From Candidatus Merdivicinus excrementipullorum (GTDB taxonomy: Bacteria; Bacillota; Clostridia; Oscillospirales; Ruminococcaceae), in assembly GCA_018716725.1 (NCBI GenBank), contig DVJP01000030.1, forward strand, positions 17,407-81,406: DNA of 64,000 nt, written 5' to 3'. Below, piece by piece: positions 54,573 to 62,479 of the stretch. The translations under genes were made by a program, and so were the position numbers. Under the pieces are notes generated by a model that made no database searches, was not told the DNA's origin, and saw nothing but the letters and a program-made list of their open reading frames with translations. Each line of letters opens with the position of its first letter. Positions within the stretch are counted from its first letter, which is position 1.

Positions 54573-54657
54573 TGTAGGGGGCGATGCCCACATCGCCCCG
54601 CAATTATCGAAAATGATTGTATAGAACTGCGGGCGGATGTGGGCATCCGCCCCTACA
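54573..54657. repeat. BIME-like pair: two REP-like hairpins in inverted orientation separated by ~30 nt
   Basis: 54573-54600 is tgtagGGGGCGATGcccaCATCGCCCC. 54631-54657 is GGGCGGATGtgggCATCCGCCCctaca. Confidence 0.75.
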
Positions 54658-54699
54658 AATGCGTTGTTCGCTTGATAGTACAAAAATGAAGGGGCGGGA

Positions 54700-54950
54700 C
54701 TTCCCCGTTTTAACCGTAGAAGCGGGGAAATCTTTCACAGGGGCGCAACTTGTTTGCGCCAGCCGAAGCCTAACGCGGGGTACAACAGCCGCGGCGCGTC
54801 GTCAAGCTAACTTGACGACAAGCGGCGGGGCTTCCCCGTTTTAACCGTAGAAGCGGGGAAATCTTTTCCAGAGGCGTGACTTGTTCACGCCAATCGAAGC
54901 TTGTTGCGCGGCAGAACGGCCGCGTCGACTTAGCAGCGGGGCTTCCCCGC
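54700..54950 (+). repeat. tandem array (two units plus a partial third) of a ~110-130-bp multi-hairpin unit
   Basis: CTTCCCCGTTTTAACCGTAGAAGCGGGGAAATCTTT recurs at 54700 and 54831, with a partial copy at 54942. The internal hairpin is GGCGCAA-cttgt-TTGCGCC in one unit and GGCGTGA-cttgt-TCACGCC in the other. Confidence 0.8.
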
Positions 54951-55067
54951 CGCCGGTTGGTAATAACAGCAGCCGTCCACTTTTGTGCCGGTGACAGCCG
55001 CATCCGTCCGGGCACAGTACCCGTCCCGTTGGTACCGGCAGTCCTTGCTGCATGGAATTAAGTTCAT
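54930..55067 (-). CDS. 45-aa Cys-rich small protein (below the ORF-track cutoff)
   Basis: GGAGGAGG RBS lies 6 nt before the ATG. Translation: MNLIPCSKDCRYQRDGYCARTDAAVTGTKVDGCCYYQPAAGKPRC. Confidence 0.4.
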   Translation of the reverse strand: MNLIPCSKDCRYQRDGYCARTDAAVTGTKVDGCCYYQPAAGKPRC

Positions 55068-55167
55068 AAAAATCCTCCTCCAATCAGATTTTTCATGACC
55101 GTTACCCTGATATTTTGCCGTTTTTCCGGCACACTATACCCAGACGAATTTTGAGGAGGGTGCGATT

Positions 55168-56154
55168 GTGAAAAAAGCCGTGATATTTTCCGCCGCGGTA
55201 CTTGCGGCGTTTATTGGAGCATGGCTGATTTCCGGCGGGAAACCGCCGGAAGTGCAGCTGGTTTCTATGAAAGAGCTGGCCTATACCGAAACTGTTTCCG
55301 TGTCCGGGGTTGTGGAATCGCCAAATCAAAGTGAGCTGAACCTGGACTATCCGGTGGTCCCTGAAAAAGTCCTGGTAAAAGAGGGGGACTCCGTGTCTTA
55401 CGGCGATCCCATCGCTTTGGTGGACAAGGAAGCAACCATCCGGGCGGCGGCCGGATTTGCGGCGCAGTTTACGGAAGAACTGCCGGACGGCGTGTCAGAT
55501 AAGGTGAAAGCGGCCTTTTCCGCCATCAGCGGGGAGCTTGCCCAGAATATGGACGCCCTGCCGGAAACCATTTCCGCCCCCATGACCGGCGTCGTTACCT
55601 CCCTGTCTCTGACAGCCGGGGAACTGTTCCTGCCCACTGGGCCGGCCGCCGCCGTTTCCACAGTGGACACCCTCCAGCTGCGGCTTTATGTGCCGGAATC
55701 CCAAGTGAACCTCTTAAAAACCGGGGAAACTTTTACCTTTACGGTCCCCGCTGTCCAGGACGGCCTGTTTGAAGCCCATATCACCCGGTTCAGCCCCTCC
55801 GCCTATCAGAAGCTGGACGGGATGTCCTACGAAACCGTGGTGGACGCGGTGGCCAAGGTGGAGGACACCTTTAACGCGCTGCGCCCCGGCTACACCGTCC
55901 AGGCGGAACTGCCCGCCGGGGAGGAGGAAACCCTCTGGCTCCTGCCCTACGAGGCGGTGGCCCAGGACGAAAACGGCCAGGAATATGTGTATGTCTGCCG
56001 GGAGGGAGAGATTTCCCGCCGGGATGTGGAAACCGGCCGGGAACTGTCCACCTCCATCCAGATTGTAAGCGGCTTGGGCCGTTATGAGAAGGTAGTTTTG
56101 GACGCAGAGACCCTGGAAAAGGATGCCGGAGGGGATGAACCATGGAGTTTTTGA
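55168..56154 (+). CDS. membrane-fusion (HlyD/RND adaptor family) protein
   Basis: GTG start follows a GAGGAGG RBS. N-terminal TM plus barrel-sandwich hybrid and beta-barrel regions. Confidence 0.75.
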   Translation: MKKAVIFSAAVLAAFIGAWLISGGKPPEVQLVSMKELAYTETVSVSGVVESPNQSELNLDYPVVPEKVLVKEGDSVSYGDPIALVDKEATIRAAAGFAAQFTEELPDGVSDKVKAAFSAISGELAQNMDALPETISAPMTGVVTSLSLTAGELFLPTGPAAAVSTVDTLQLRLYVPESQVNLLKTGETFTFTVPAVQDGLFEAHITRFSPSAYQKLDGMSYETVVDAVAKVEDTFNALRPGYTVQAELPAGEEETLWLLPYEAVAQDENGQEYVYVCREGEISRRDVETGRELSTSIQIVSGLGRYEKVVLDAETLEKDAGGDEPWSF

Positions 56155-57302
56155 AAAACGCCTGGCGGAATACCGGCCGTCGGCCTGCCCGGTCCCTGCT
56201 TACCATTCTGAGCATCGCCATCGGGGCCTTTTCGGTGATGCTCATTGGCGCGGTGGGGTTAATCGGACAGCAGGCCGTTGCCAGCGAATTGGCGGGCTTA
56301 GGCCTTCAGGGATTGATGGTCAGCGGGGAGGACCGGCCCTTGACGGAGGAGGTCCTGACAGAGACCTCCCAGGAGCCTTCTGTGGCCGGGGCCACCCCTT
56401 TTTTGGTGGAATACACGGACATCCGCGCCCGGGGAGAAAAGCGGAAAGCCGCCGTGTGGGGCGTTGATTCCAGCGTGGGCCAGGTCATTTCCATGGAGCT
56501 TCAATACGGCCGGGAGATCACCCCGGCGGACGTCCGCAGCGGCGCCCATGTCTGCCTTGTAGAGGAAAATCTGGCCATGGAGATTTTCCACCGGGAAAAC
56601 GCCGTGGGAAAGACCCTGACGGTGACTTTGAACGGGGCGGAGGAGAAATTTACCATTGTGGGCGTAATGGAAACCGGCGGCGCGCTGCTGCAAGGCATGA
56701 TGGGAGACGGCGTGCCGTTATTTGCCTACCTGCCCTATACCGTCCAACAAGACTGCACCGGCCGGGAGGATTTTGACCGGATTGCCGTCAAACTGAAGCA
56801 GGGGGTGGAACCGGAGGACGCAAAACGTCTCTTATCCCGGCAGCTTGGCGGGGAGGAGGCGGTGAAGGTGGAGAATATGAACCGCTATGCCGGGACGGTC
56901 CAGCAGGTTTTAAGCATCGTATCCTTGGTGCTGGCGGCCATTGCGGGCATCAGCCTCCTGGTGGCCTGCCTGTCCGTCATGACCACCATGCTCTGTTCAG
57001 TGGGGGAGCGGACCCGGGAAATCGGCATCAAAAAAAGCATTGGCGCTTCCCCGCAGATGATTGTGTGGGAATTCTTGCTGGAAGCGGCCCTGCTGAGCCT
57101 GGCAGGAGGACTGGCGGGAATTTTGGCCGGCGCTTTGATGGGATGGGCCGGCTGTCTGGCCTTAGGGATTCCGTACCTCTTCCCGGGAAATTTGGCTTTG
57201 GCCTGCGCCCTGGTTTCCCTTTTGGCCGGGACGGCTTTTGGGGCGTATCCCGCCCGGAAAGCGGCGAAGCTCAAGCCGGCGGACGCCTTGCGGACAGAAT
57301 AA
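56142..57302 (+). CDS. MacB-type ABC transporter permease (FtsX domain), no cognate ATPase adjacent
   Basis: 386 aa: TM1, MacB-type periplasmic domain, then three TMs with an FtsX signature. Confidence 0.85.
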   Translation: MEFLKNAWRNTGRRPARSLLTILSIAIGAFSVMLIGAVGLIGQQAVASELAGLGLQGLMVSGEDRPLTEEVLTETSQEPSVAGATPFLVEYTDIRARGEKRKAAVWGVDSSVGQVISMELQYGREITPADVRSGAHVCLVEENLAMEIFHRENAVGKTLTVTLNGAEEKFTIVGVMETGGALLQGMMGDGVPLFAYLPYTVQQDCTGREDFDRIAVKLKQGVEPEDAKRLLSRQLGGEEAVKVENMNRYAGTVQQVLSIVSLVLAAIAGISLLVACLSVMTTMLCSVGERTREIGIKKSIGASPQMIVWEFLLEAALLSLAGGLAGILAGALMGWAGCLALGIPYLFPGNLALACALVSLLAGTAFGAYPARKAAKLKPADALRTE

Positions 57303-57306
57303 AAAA

Positions 57307-57336
57307 TGCCGCCGGGGCAGCTTACTCCGGCGGCGT
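57307..57336. repeat. 30-bp direct repeat, copy 1 (terminator hairpin preceded by an A-run)
   Basis: TGCCGCCGGGGCAGCTTACTCCGGCGGCGT, identical to 57660-57689. Confidence 0.95.
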
Positions 57337-57659
57337 AATTTGGCTAACCAGTATCATTTGTGCAGCAAGGCGCACAAAGAGTTTTTCGATTTGCCGCAAG
57401 AATCACCACTTACCGTGCCAAACAATTCACTGGATTGTTTGGCAAAGAAGGATTCGGATGCGGTCGGACGGCTGTGCCGTTCGATACACCCCTTGCGGGG
57501 GTTTATCGAGCTGTTCCTGCGCTTTATGTCTTGGAGATTTCGTTTCCTGCGGGAAACGAGGAAGGGACTCTGTCCCCTCCACCCCTGCAAGCTTTTGAAA
57601 AAGCTTGACCAAAACTTTTATTTTATCTTTTGCAGTTATGTTTATTAATCATTATTCTG
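57337..57659 (+). repeat. hairpin-mosaic intergenic element, copy C (323 bp)
   Basis: 57412-57627 is homologous to 36818-37036 with stem covariation. Bracketed by the 30-bp direct repeat. Confidence 0.85.
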
Positions 57660-57694
57660 TGCCGCCGGGGCAGCTTACTCCGGCGGCGTTTTTA
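57660..57694. terminator. 30-bp direct repeat, copy 2, followed by a T-run (functional half of the original bidirectional terminator)
   Basis: GCCGCCGG-loop-CCGGCGGC followed by TTTTT. Confidence 0.8.
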
Positions 57695-57703
57695 TAGAGC
57701 AAA

Positions 57704-58375
57704 TTAAGAAATAAAAGGATTCGTGCGGTTTTTCATCAGCTGGGATTTCAGCACGCCGCCAATCAGCAGCCCGCCGACGGCGGTGATGATGATTTCCGGC
57801 ACCATATACAGGCCGTTGTAAATTAAGGAATACACTGCGGACAGGGCGTTCCCGTGGAAGGTTTCCAAAAACCACCCGCCCCAGGGCACCTGATCTCCGA
57901 AGAACCATTCCGCGTAGCTGGAAAACAGGAAGAATCCGGAGAGAAAATGGCAGAGGTACCGGCCAAGCAGTCCGATTACCGCCCCAAGGGCCAAGGCAGC
58001 CGGAACCTTTTTGACAAATTTGGGGGCAAATCCCGCCAGCCCGATGGCCGCGAAAGCAAGGATGTAGTCTAACAGCATGACCCAGAAAAAGGTAGTCAAG
58101 CCGCCGTTGGATTCAATCATGGCGGCCAAGCCTCCGGCACGCCCGCCGGAAATCAGCATGGTGATAAGGCCGTGGACCACCCCGGCCAAGGAACCCCATG
58201 CAGGGCCGTATTTGTAAGCGATGACGACCAGGGGAAGCATGGAACAGAGGGTGACGGACCCGCCGTACAGCCAGGTGGCGTCAAATTTTAAAAAGGTGTC
58301 AATCAGGATGCCGATAGCCAGCAGGATACCGCTTTCCGTTAAACGGAGGATTTTTTGGTTTTGATTAGTTTGCAT
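57704..58375 (-). CDS. thiT: ECF-transporter S component, thiamine-specific (ThiT-like)
   Basis: Six-TM S-component pattern, preceded by a TPP riboswitch. Confidence 0.75.
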   Translation of the reverse strand: MQTNQNQKILRLTESGILLAIGILIDTFLKFDATWLYGGSVTLCSMLPLVVIAYKYGPAWGSLAGVVHGLITMLISGGRAGGLAAMIESNGGLTTFFWVMLLDYILAFAAIGLAGFAPKFVKKVPAALALGAVIGLLGRYLCHFLSGFFLFSSYAEWFFGDQVPWGGWFLETFHGNALSAVYSLIYNGLYMVPEIIITAVGGLLIGGVLKSQLMKNRTNPFIS

Positions 58376-58426
58376 AAAAAACGTCCTTTGACAGTTATTT
58401 CAGGGGCTGTTTCCCTGACGGCTAAG

Positions 58427-58453
58427 AAAAAAGCCGCAGGGCAACCCCACGGC
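58427..58453 (-). terminator. TPP riboswitch expression-platform terminator
   Basis: On the minus strand: GCCGTGGGG-ttg-CCCTGCGGC followed by TTTTTT. Confidence 0.7.
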
Positions 58454-58469
58454 CGGAATTTGTCTGTTA

Positions 58470-58556
58470 CAAATCTTCCTTCGGTGGGATTATCCACACA
58501 GGTTCGAGGGTTGAAGCGCGCTTCTCTCAGCCGGGTTTTCACCGGCACCCCTGATT
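58470..58556 (-). promoter_or_regulatory. TPP (THI-box) riboswitch aptamer
   Basis: The minus strand reads GGGGTGCCGGTGAAAACCCGGCTGAGAGAAGCGCGCTTCAACCCTCGAACCTGTGTGGATAATCCCACCGAAGGAAG. The CTGAGA and ACCTG..GGATAAT..CC elements are conserved. Confidence 0.85.
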
Positions 58557-58589
58557 CGACATTTATTTTAACATAAATTTTACATTTCG

Positions 58590-60164
58590 TCAATCCCTAG
58601 GCCCATTTTCCAGGATAAATTTAGCCACCCGCAGGCCGTCTACGGCGGCGCTCATAATCCCTCCCGCGTATCCGGCTCCTTCCCCGCAGGGATAAAGCCC
58701 TTTGACGGATATGGAGTTAAAATCTTCCCCCCGGCTGATGCGGATGGGGCTGGAGGTGCGGGTTTCCGGCCCGGTGAGGACAGCGTCCGCCTCGGCGAAG
58801 CCGCGGAGCTTCCGGTCAAAAAGCCGAAGCCCGTCCCGCATCATCCCGGTAATCTGCCGGGGAAAGAGCTTGTCAAAATCCACCGGCGCAAGGCCCAGGG
58901 CGTAGCTGGGCTGCACCCGGTTTAAGGAAAGGCCGGGTTTCCCCTCCAAGAAATTCCCGGCCGTTGCGCCGCAGGCCCGGTAGTTTTCCCCGGCCAGCAG
59001 GAAAGCCCGGTGTTCCAGCTGCTCCTGGAATTCCAGCCCGGCGAAAATGCCGCTGCCAAAATCCGAGGAATCCACCGACACCACCAAAGCGGCGTTGGCG
59101 TTTTCCTTGTCCCGTTTATATTCGCTCATGCCGTTGGTCACCACCTGCCCTAGTCCCGATGCGGCGGGAACCACTGTGCCGCCGGGGCACATGCAGAAGG
59201 TGTACACGGCTTTTTCCCCCTGCCGGTGGGAAAGCTGGTATTCCCCGGGGGGCAGATCCGGATGCCCGGCCATTTTGCCGTAAAGCCCCCGGTCAATCCA
59301 CTCCTGCCGGTGTTCAATCCGCGCCCCCACGGAAAAGGGTTTGGATTCCATGAAAACGCCGTGCCGGGCCAGCATCCGGAAGGTATCCCGGGCGCTGTGG
59401 CCCACGGCCAAAATTAAATGGGAAACCGCCAAAGGCTCACCGTTGACAGAAATGCCGGTGAGCTTTCCGTTTTGGACGGAAATCCCGGTAAGCTGGGTGT
59501 GGAACCGCACATCCCCGCCGTTTTGGAGGATTTCCTGCCGGATGGACCGGACAACTTGCCGCAGCCGGTCGGTGCCGATATGAGGCTTGGCCTTTTTCAG
59601 GGTTTCCATGGGCGCCCCGTGGCGGCCGAACTGCTCTAAGACATAAGAACACAAGGGGTCGTTGATCCGGGTGGTCAGCTTCCCGTCGGAAAAGGTGCCT
59701 GCGCCGCCTTCTCCGAACTGGACGTTGCAGTTTTCGTCCAGCTGGCCCCTGGCCCAGAAGTTTTCCACTGCCTGCACCCGTTCTTCCACCGGGCCGCCCC
59801 GTTCCAGGACGATGACCGGAACCCCGTGCCGGGCTAAAAGGCTTGCGGCGAACATCCCCGCAGGGCCGAAGCCGGCGATTGCCACCAGCCCTTCCGGCTT
59901 GGAGCCGGGACGGACGGAAAAGGGCTGATCCTCCTGCCAGCGGACGCCGTTTTTGCTTAAGAAGGCTTCCTCGCCGCCGTCAAGGCGCACCACCACTGTA
60001 TTGACTTTGTGAATATCCTGCTGCTTCCGGGCGTCCAGGGAGGTTTTGGAAACATACGCCTCCCGGACCCGGCTTTTGGGCACGCCCAGCAGCTTGACCG
60101 CCCGGGAAACAGCGGCGTCTTCCGGTTCCCCCAGGCGGGTTTTGATGTTGTTGAGTATCAGCAT
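58590..60164 (-). CDS. FAD-dependent oxidoreductase (COG2509-like)
   Basis: Dinucleotide motif IAGFGPAGMFAA. Length and N-terminal domain are typical of this family. Confidence 0.8.
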   Translation of the reverse strand: MLILNNIKTRLGEPEDAAVSRAVKLLGVPKSRVREAYVSKTSLDARKQQDIHKVNTVVVRLDGGEEAFLSKNGVRWQEDQPFSVRPGSKPEGLVAIAGFGPAGMFAASLLARHGVPVIVLERGGPVEERVQAVENFWARGQLDENCNVQFGEGGAGTFSDGKLTTRINDPLCSYVLEQFGRHGAPMETLKKAKPHIGTDRLRQVVRSIRQEILQNGGDVRFHTQLTGISVQNGKLTGISVNGEPLAVSHLILAVGHSARDTFRMLARHGVFMESKPFSVGARIEHRQEWIDRGLYGKMAGHPDLPPGEYQLSHRQGEKAVYTFCMCPGGTVVPAASGLGQVVTNGMSEYKRDKENANAALVVSVDSSDFGSGIFAGLEFQEQLEHRAFLLAGENYRACGATAGNFLEGKPGLSLNRVQPSYALGLAPVDFDKLFPRQITGMMRDGLRLFDRKLRGFAEADAVLTGPETRTSSPIRISRGEDFNSISVKGLYPCGEGAGYAGGIMSAAVDGLRVAKFILENGPRD

Positions 60165-60228
60165 GAATGCTCCTCCTGTAAAAGAAAACAGGCGGGAAAG
60201 TCAGCTTCCCGCCCGGTAGGGATTCTTG

Positions 60229-61500
60229 TTATTTTGCCGTCAGGTTGACGGTAGTGGTGTAATCGCCCACAGCCCAGGCCAGAACGCCGTCCTGGCAGTA
60301 AACTCTGGCGCTGATGGTGTACTGCCCTTTTTCCAGGGTCACCTGGGAAAGGTCCACCGTCACAACCAGGTCATCCGCCGAAAGGGTTTCCATAACGCTG
60401 TCCTCGCCCACAATTTTGACGTTGCTTAGGGCTTGGGGCACAATGGACACGTCATAACCGGCAGGCAGGTTTTCCAAAACGAAATTGCTCTGGGGGATGG
60501 AATAGGTCCGTGCAGTAAAGCCGTCCTGAGGGAAGGTGACAGTGACGGAAGCGACGCTTTCCATATTGGTAAACCCGGCGGGGAGAGTGACGTCCAGGGT
60601 AAATTCCCGGCCAATGTCGATGGAACGGAAATCAATGGGGCCGATGACGATTTCGTCCTGGTTGTCAATAATATCCGGCGCGGCCGCCACTAAAATGGTA
60701 TCCTGGGACAGGGTGTATTCCAGCTCGTCTAAGGGGAACCCTTTGGGCGTATTGACAAATTCCACGGACAGGGCCATTTCCTTGGTTTTGTAAATGGGGA
60801 TGGTGATTTCCACATTTCCCGGTTCCACTGTCAGGTACTCGGAGGAAACAGGGGCGCCGTTCCGGTCCAGCAGTACCGGTGACGCGGTCAGCTGGAGGGA
60901 GTCCGTCATGTTTTTATCCTCGGTATCCACCGTAACGGAGCAGCTGGCGATCCGTTCCACCAGGGTCTGGGGGCCGGTGACCAGAATGTTTTCCTCATTG
61001 GCGTAGGGCTGCTGCATAATGTAGCCGTCGGCGGCGCTTAGGTTGGGCGTCTGGATTTCCAGGGTAAACTGTTCGCTGACGATTTTATCAAAAGTTAGGG
61101 TGGCAGTGCTTTCCGAGATGCCGGTGATCCGGTAATCCGGGTCGTTGTCCTTTTTGGTGACCTCAATGGGCAGGGTGTAAGACTGGGCCTTATTGACGCT
61201 GTTTAAGGAAATAGAGGCGCTGAAGTCGTCGGCGGTGAGCCGGTGGACTTTTGAGGATTTCCCGGTGACGTACACCGTCACCATAATTTCGGAATCGCCG
61301 ATTTGCTGGAGGCCCAGGCTTTGGGGGATGGAGCCTTCATAATTGATGGTCACCGGGACGTTGTTGATGACTACGTTGCTCTCCGGTTTTAGGGAGATCA
61401 TTACGGCAAACCAGGCGACAATAGCCGCCAGGATGGAGAAAATCTGGACGAAATGGTTGTTTTCAAACAAGCTTTGAAAGCTGATGCGGATTTTTTTCAT
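60229..61500 (-). CDS. cdaR: YbbR-domain protein, CdaA regulator
   Basis: N-terminal TM plus repeated YbbR-like beta domains. 4-nt overlap with cdaA. Confidence 0.8.
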   Translation of the reverse strand: MKKIRISFQSLFENNHFVQIFSILAAIVAWFAVMISLKPESNVVINNVPVTINYEGSIPQSLGLQQIGDSEIMVTVYVTGKSSKVHRLTADDFSASISLNSVNKAQSYTLPIEVTKKDNDPDYRITGISESTATLTFDKIVSEQFTLEIQTPNLSAADGYIMQQPYANEENILVTGPQTLVERIASCSVTVDTEDKNMTDSLQLTASPVLLDRNGAPVSSEYLTVEPGNVEITIPIYKTKEMALSVEFVNTPKGFPLDELEYTLSQDTILVAAAPDIIDNQDEIVIGPIDFRSIDIGREFTLDVTLPAGFTNMESVASVTVTFPQDGFTARTYSIPQSNFVLENLPAGYDVSIVPQALSNVKIVGEDSVMETLSADDLVVTVDLSQVTLEKGQYTISARVYCQDGVLAWAVGDYTTTVNLTAK

Positions 61501-62381
61501 TTTTTCCTCCCCTTCCAGAAGCCCGCTTTTTTCTCCTTTTTCCCTTTTTCTTTGGTTTCCTCCGCCTCAGGGATCAGGTAGAAATGCAGGGTCTGGCGCA
61601 GCTTTTCAATGGACAGGTTCCGGATCAGGCGGCCGTTGACGGCAAAGGAGATGCCGCCGGTTTCCTCGCTGACCACAATGGTCACCGAGTCGGAAACCTC
61701 GCTGATGCCTAAGGAAGCCCGGTGGCGGGAACCTAAATTTTTATCGATGTCCTCTTCGTGGGAGGGCTTCGGCAGGAAGCAGGCTGCCGCCAGGATCTTG
61801 CCGTCCCGCATAATCATGGCCCCGTCGTGAAGAGGGGAATTTTTAAAGAAAATATTGCCGATGAGCTCCACGCTGGGAATGGCGTCCACCATAACGCCGG
61901 TGGCGATCTGCTCCCCCAGCTTGGTCTGGCGCTCGATGACAATCAGCGCGCCGGTAGCCGACATGGACAGCCGCTGCACCGCCTCGCACAGCACCTCAAT
62001 GGGCTGGGACCAGACGGTGCTTTTTGCGCTGTCCTCCCCATGGGTCCAGGGGGTCAGGGTGGTTACCTTGGCCCGGCCCAGTTTTTCCAAGGTCCGGCGC
62101 AGCTCCGGCTGGAACACTACGATAATGGCGATAATACCCAGCTCAAAAACTTTGTTTAACAGCCAGGTAATAGTATTCAGCTCCAGAAGCTGGGCCAGCA
62201 GGTAGCAGGCGCCCATAATAATGATGCCCTTTACCAGCTGTCCCGCCCGGGTTTCCCGGACAATCATTATGCCTTTATAAAGAAGGTAAGCGACCAGCAG
62301 GATGTCCAGCAGGTCCAGCGGGAATCGGAAGTCCCTGGCGACCCCAACAATCGAATCCCACATATTCAGCAATGTCTGCAT
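61497..62381 (-). CDS. cdaA: diadenylate cyclase
   Basis: Three N-terminal TMs. DAC motifs DGAMIM and RHRASLG, followed by VVSEETGGIS. Confidence 0.9.
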   Translation of the reverse strand: MQTLLNMWDSIVGVARDFRFPLDLLDILLVAYLLYKGIMIVRETRAGQLVKGIIIMGACYLLAQLLELNTITWLLNKVFELGIIAIIVVFQPELRRTLEKLGRAKVTTLTPWTHGEDSAKSTVWSQPIEVLCEAVQRLSMSATGALIVIERQTKLGEQIATGVMVDAIPSVELIGNIFFKNSPLHDGAMIMRDGKILAAACFLPKPSHEEDIDKNLGSRHRASLGISEVSDSVTIVVSEETGGISFAVNGRLIRNLSIEKLRQTLHFYLIPEAEETKEKGKKEKKAGFWKGRKK

Positions 62382-62479
62382 ATTGAATCCGTCACGGCCT
62401 GAAACAGGCCCCTTTCTTTGATTTTTTAGACTGGCTAAACCAGTCTTACTCTTTTATTTTACCATATCTGGCGATAAAT

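Noticed and set aside
54700-54950. Possible CRISPR array, given the tandem repeated units.
   Set aside because: The units are about 110-130 bp, contiguous and internally structured, with no short-repeat/unique-spacer alternation. No cas genes or leader are present.
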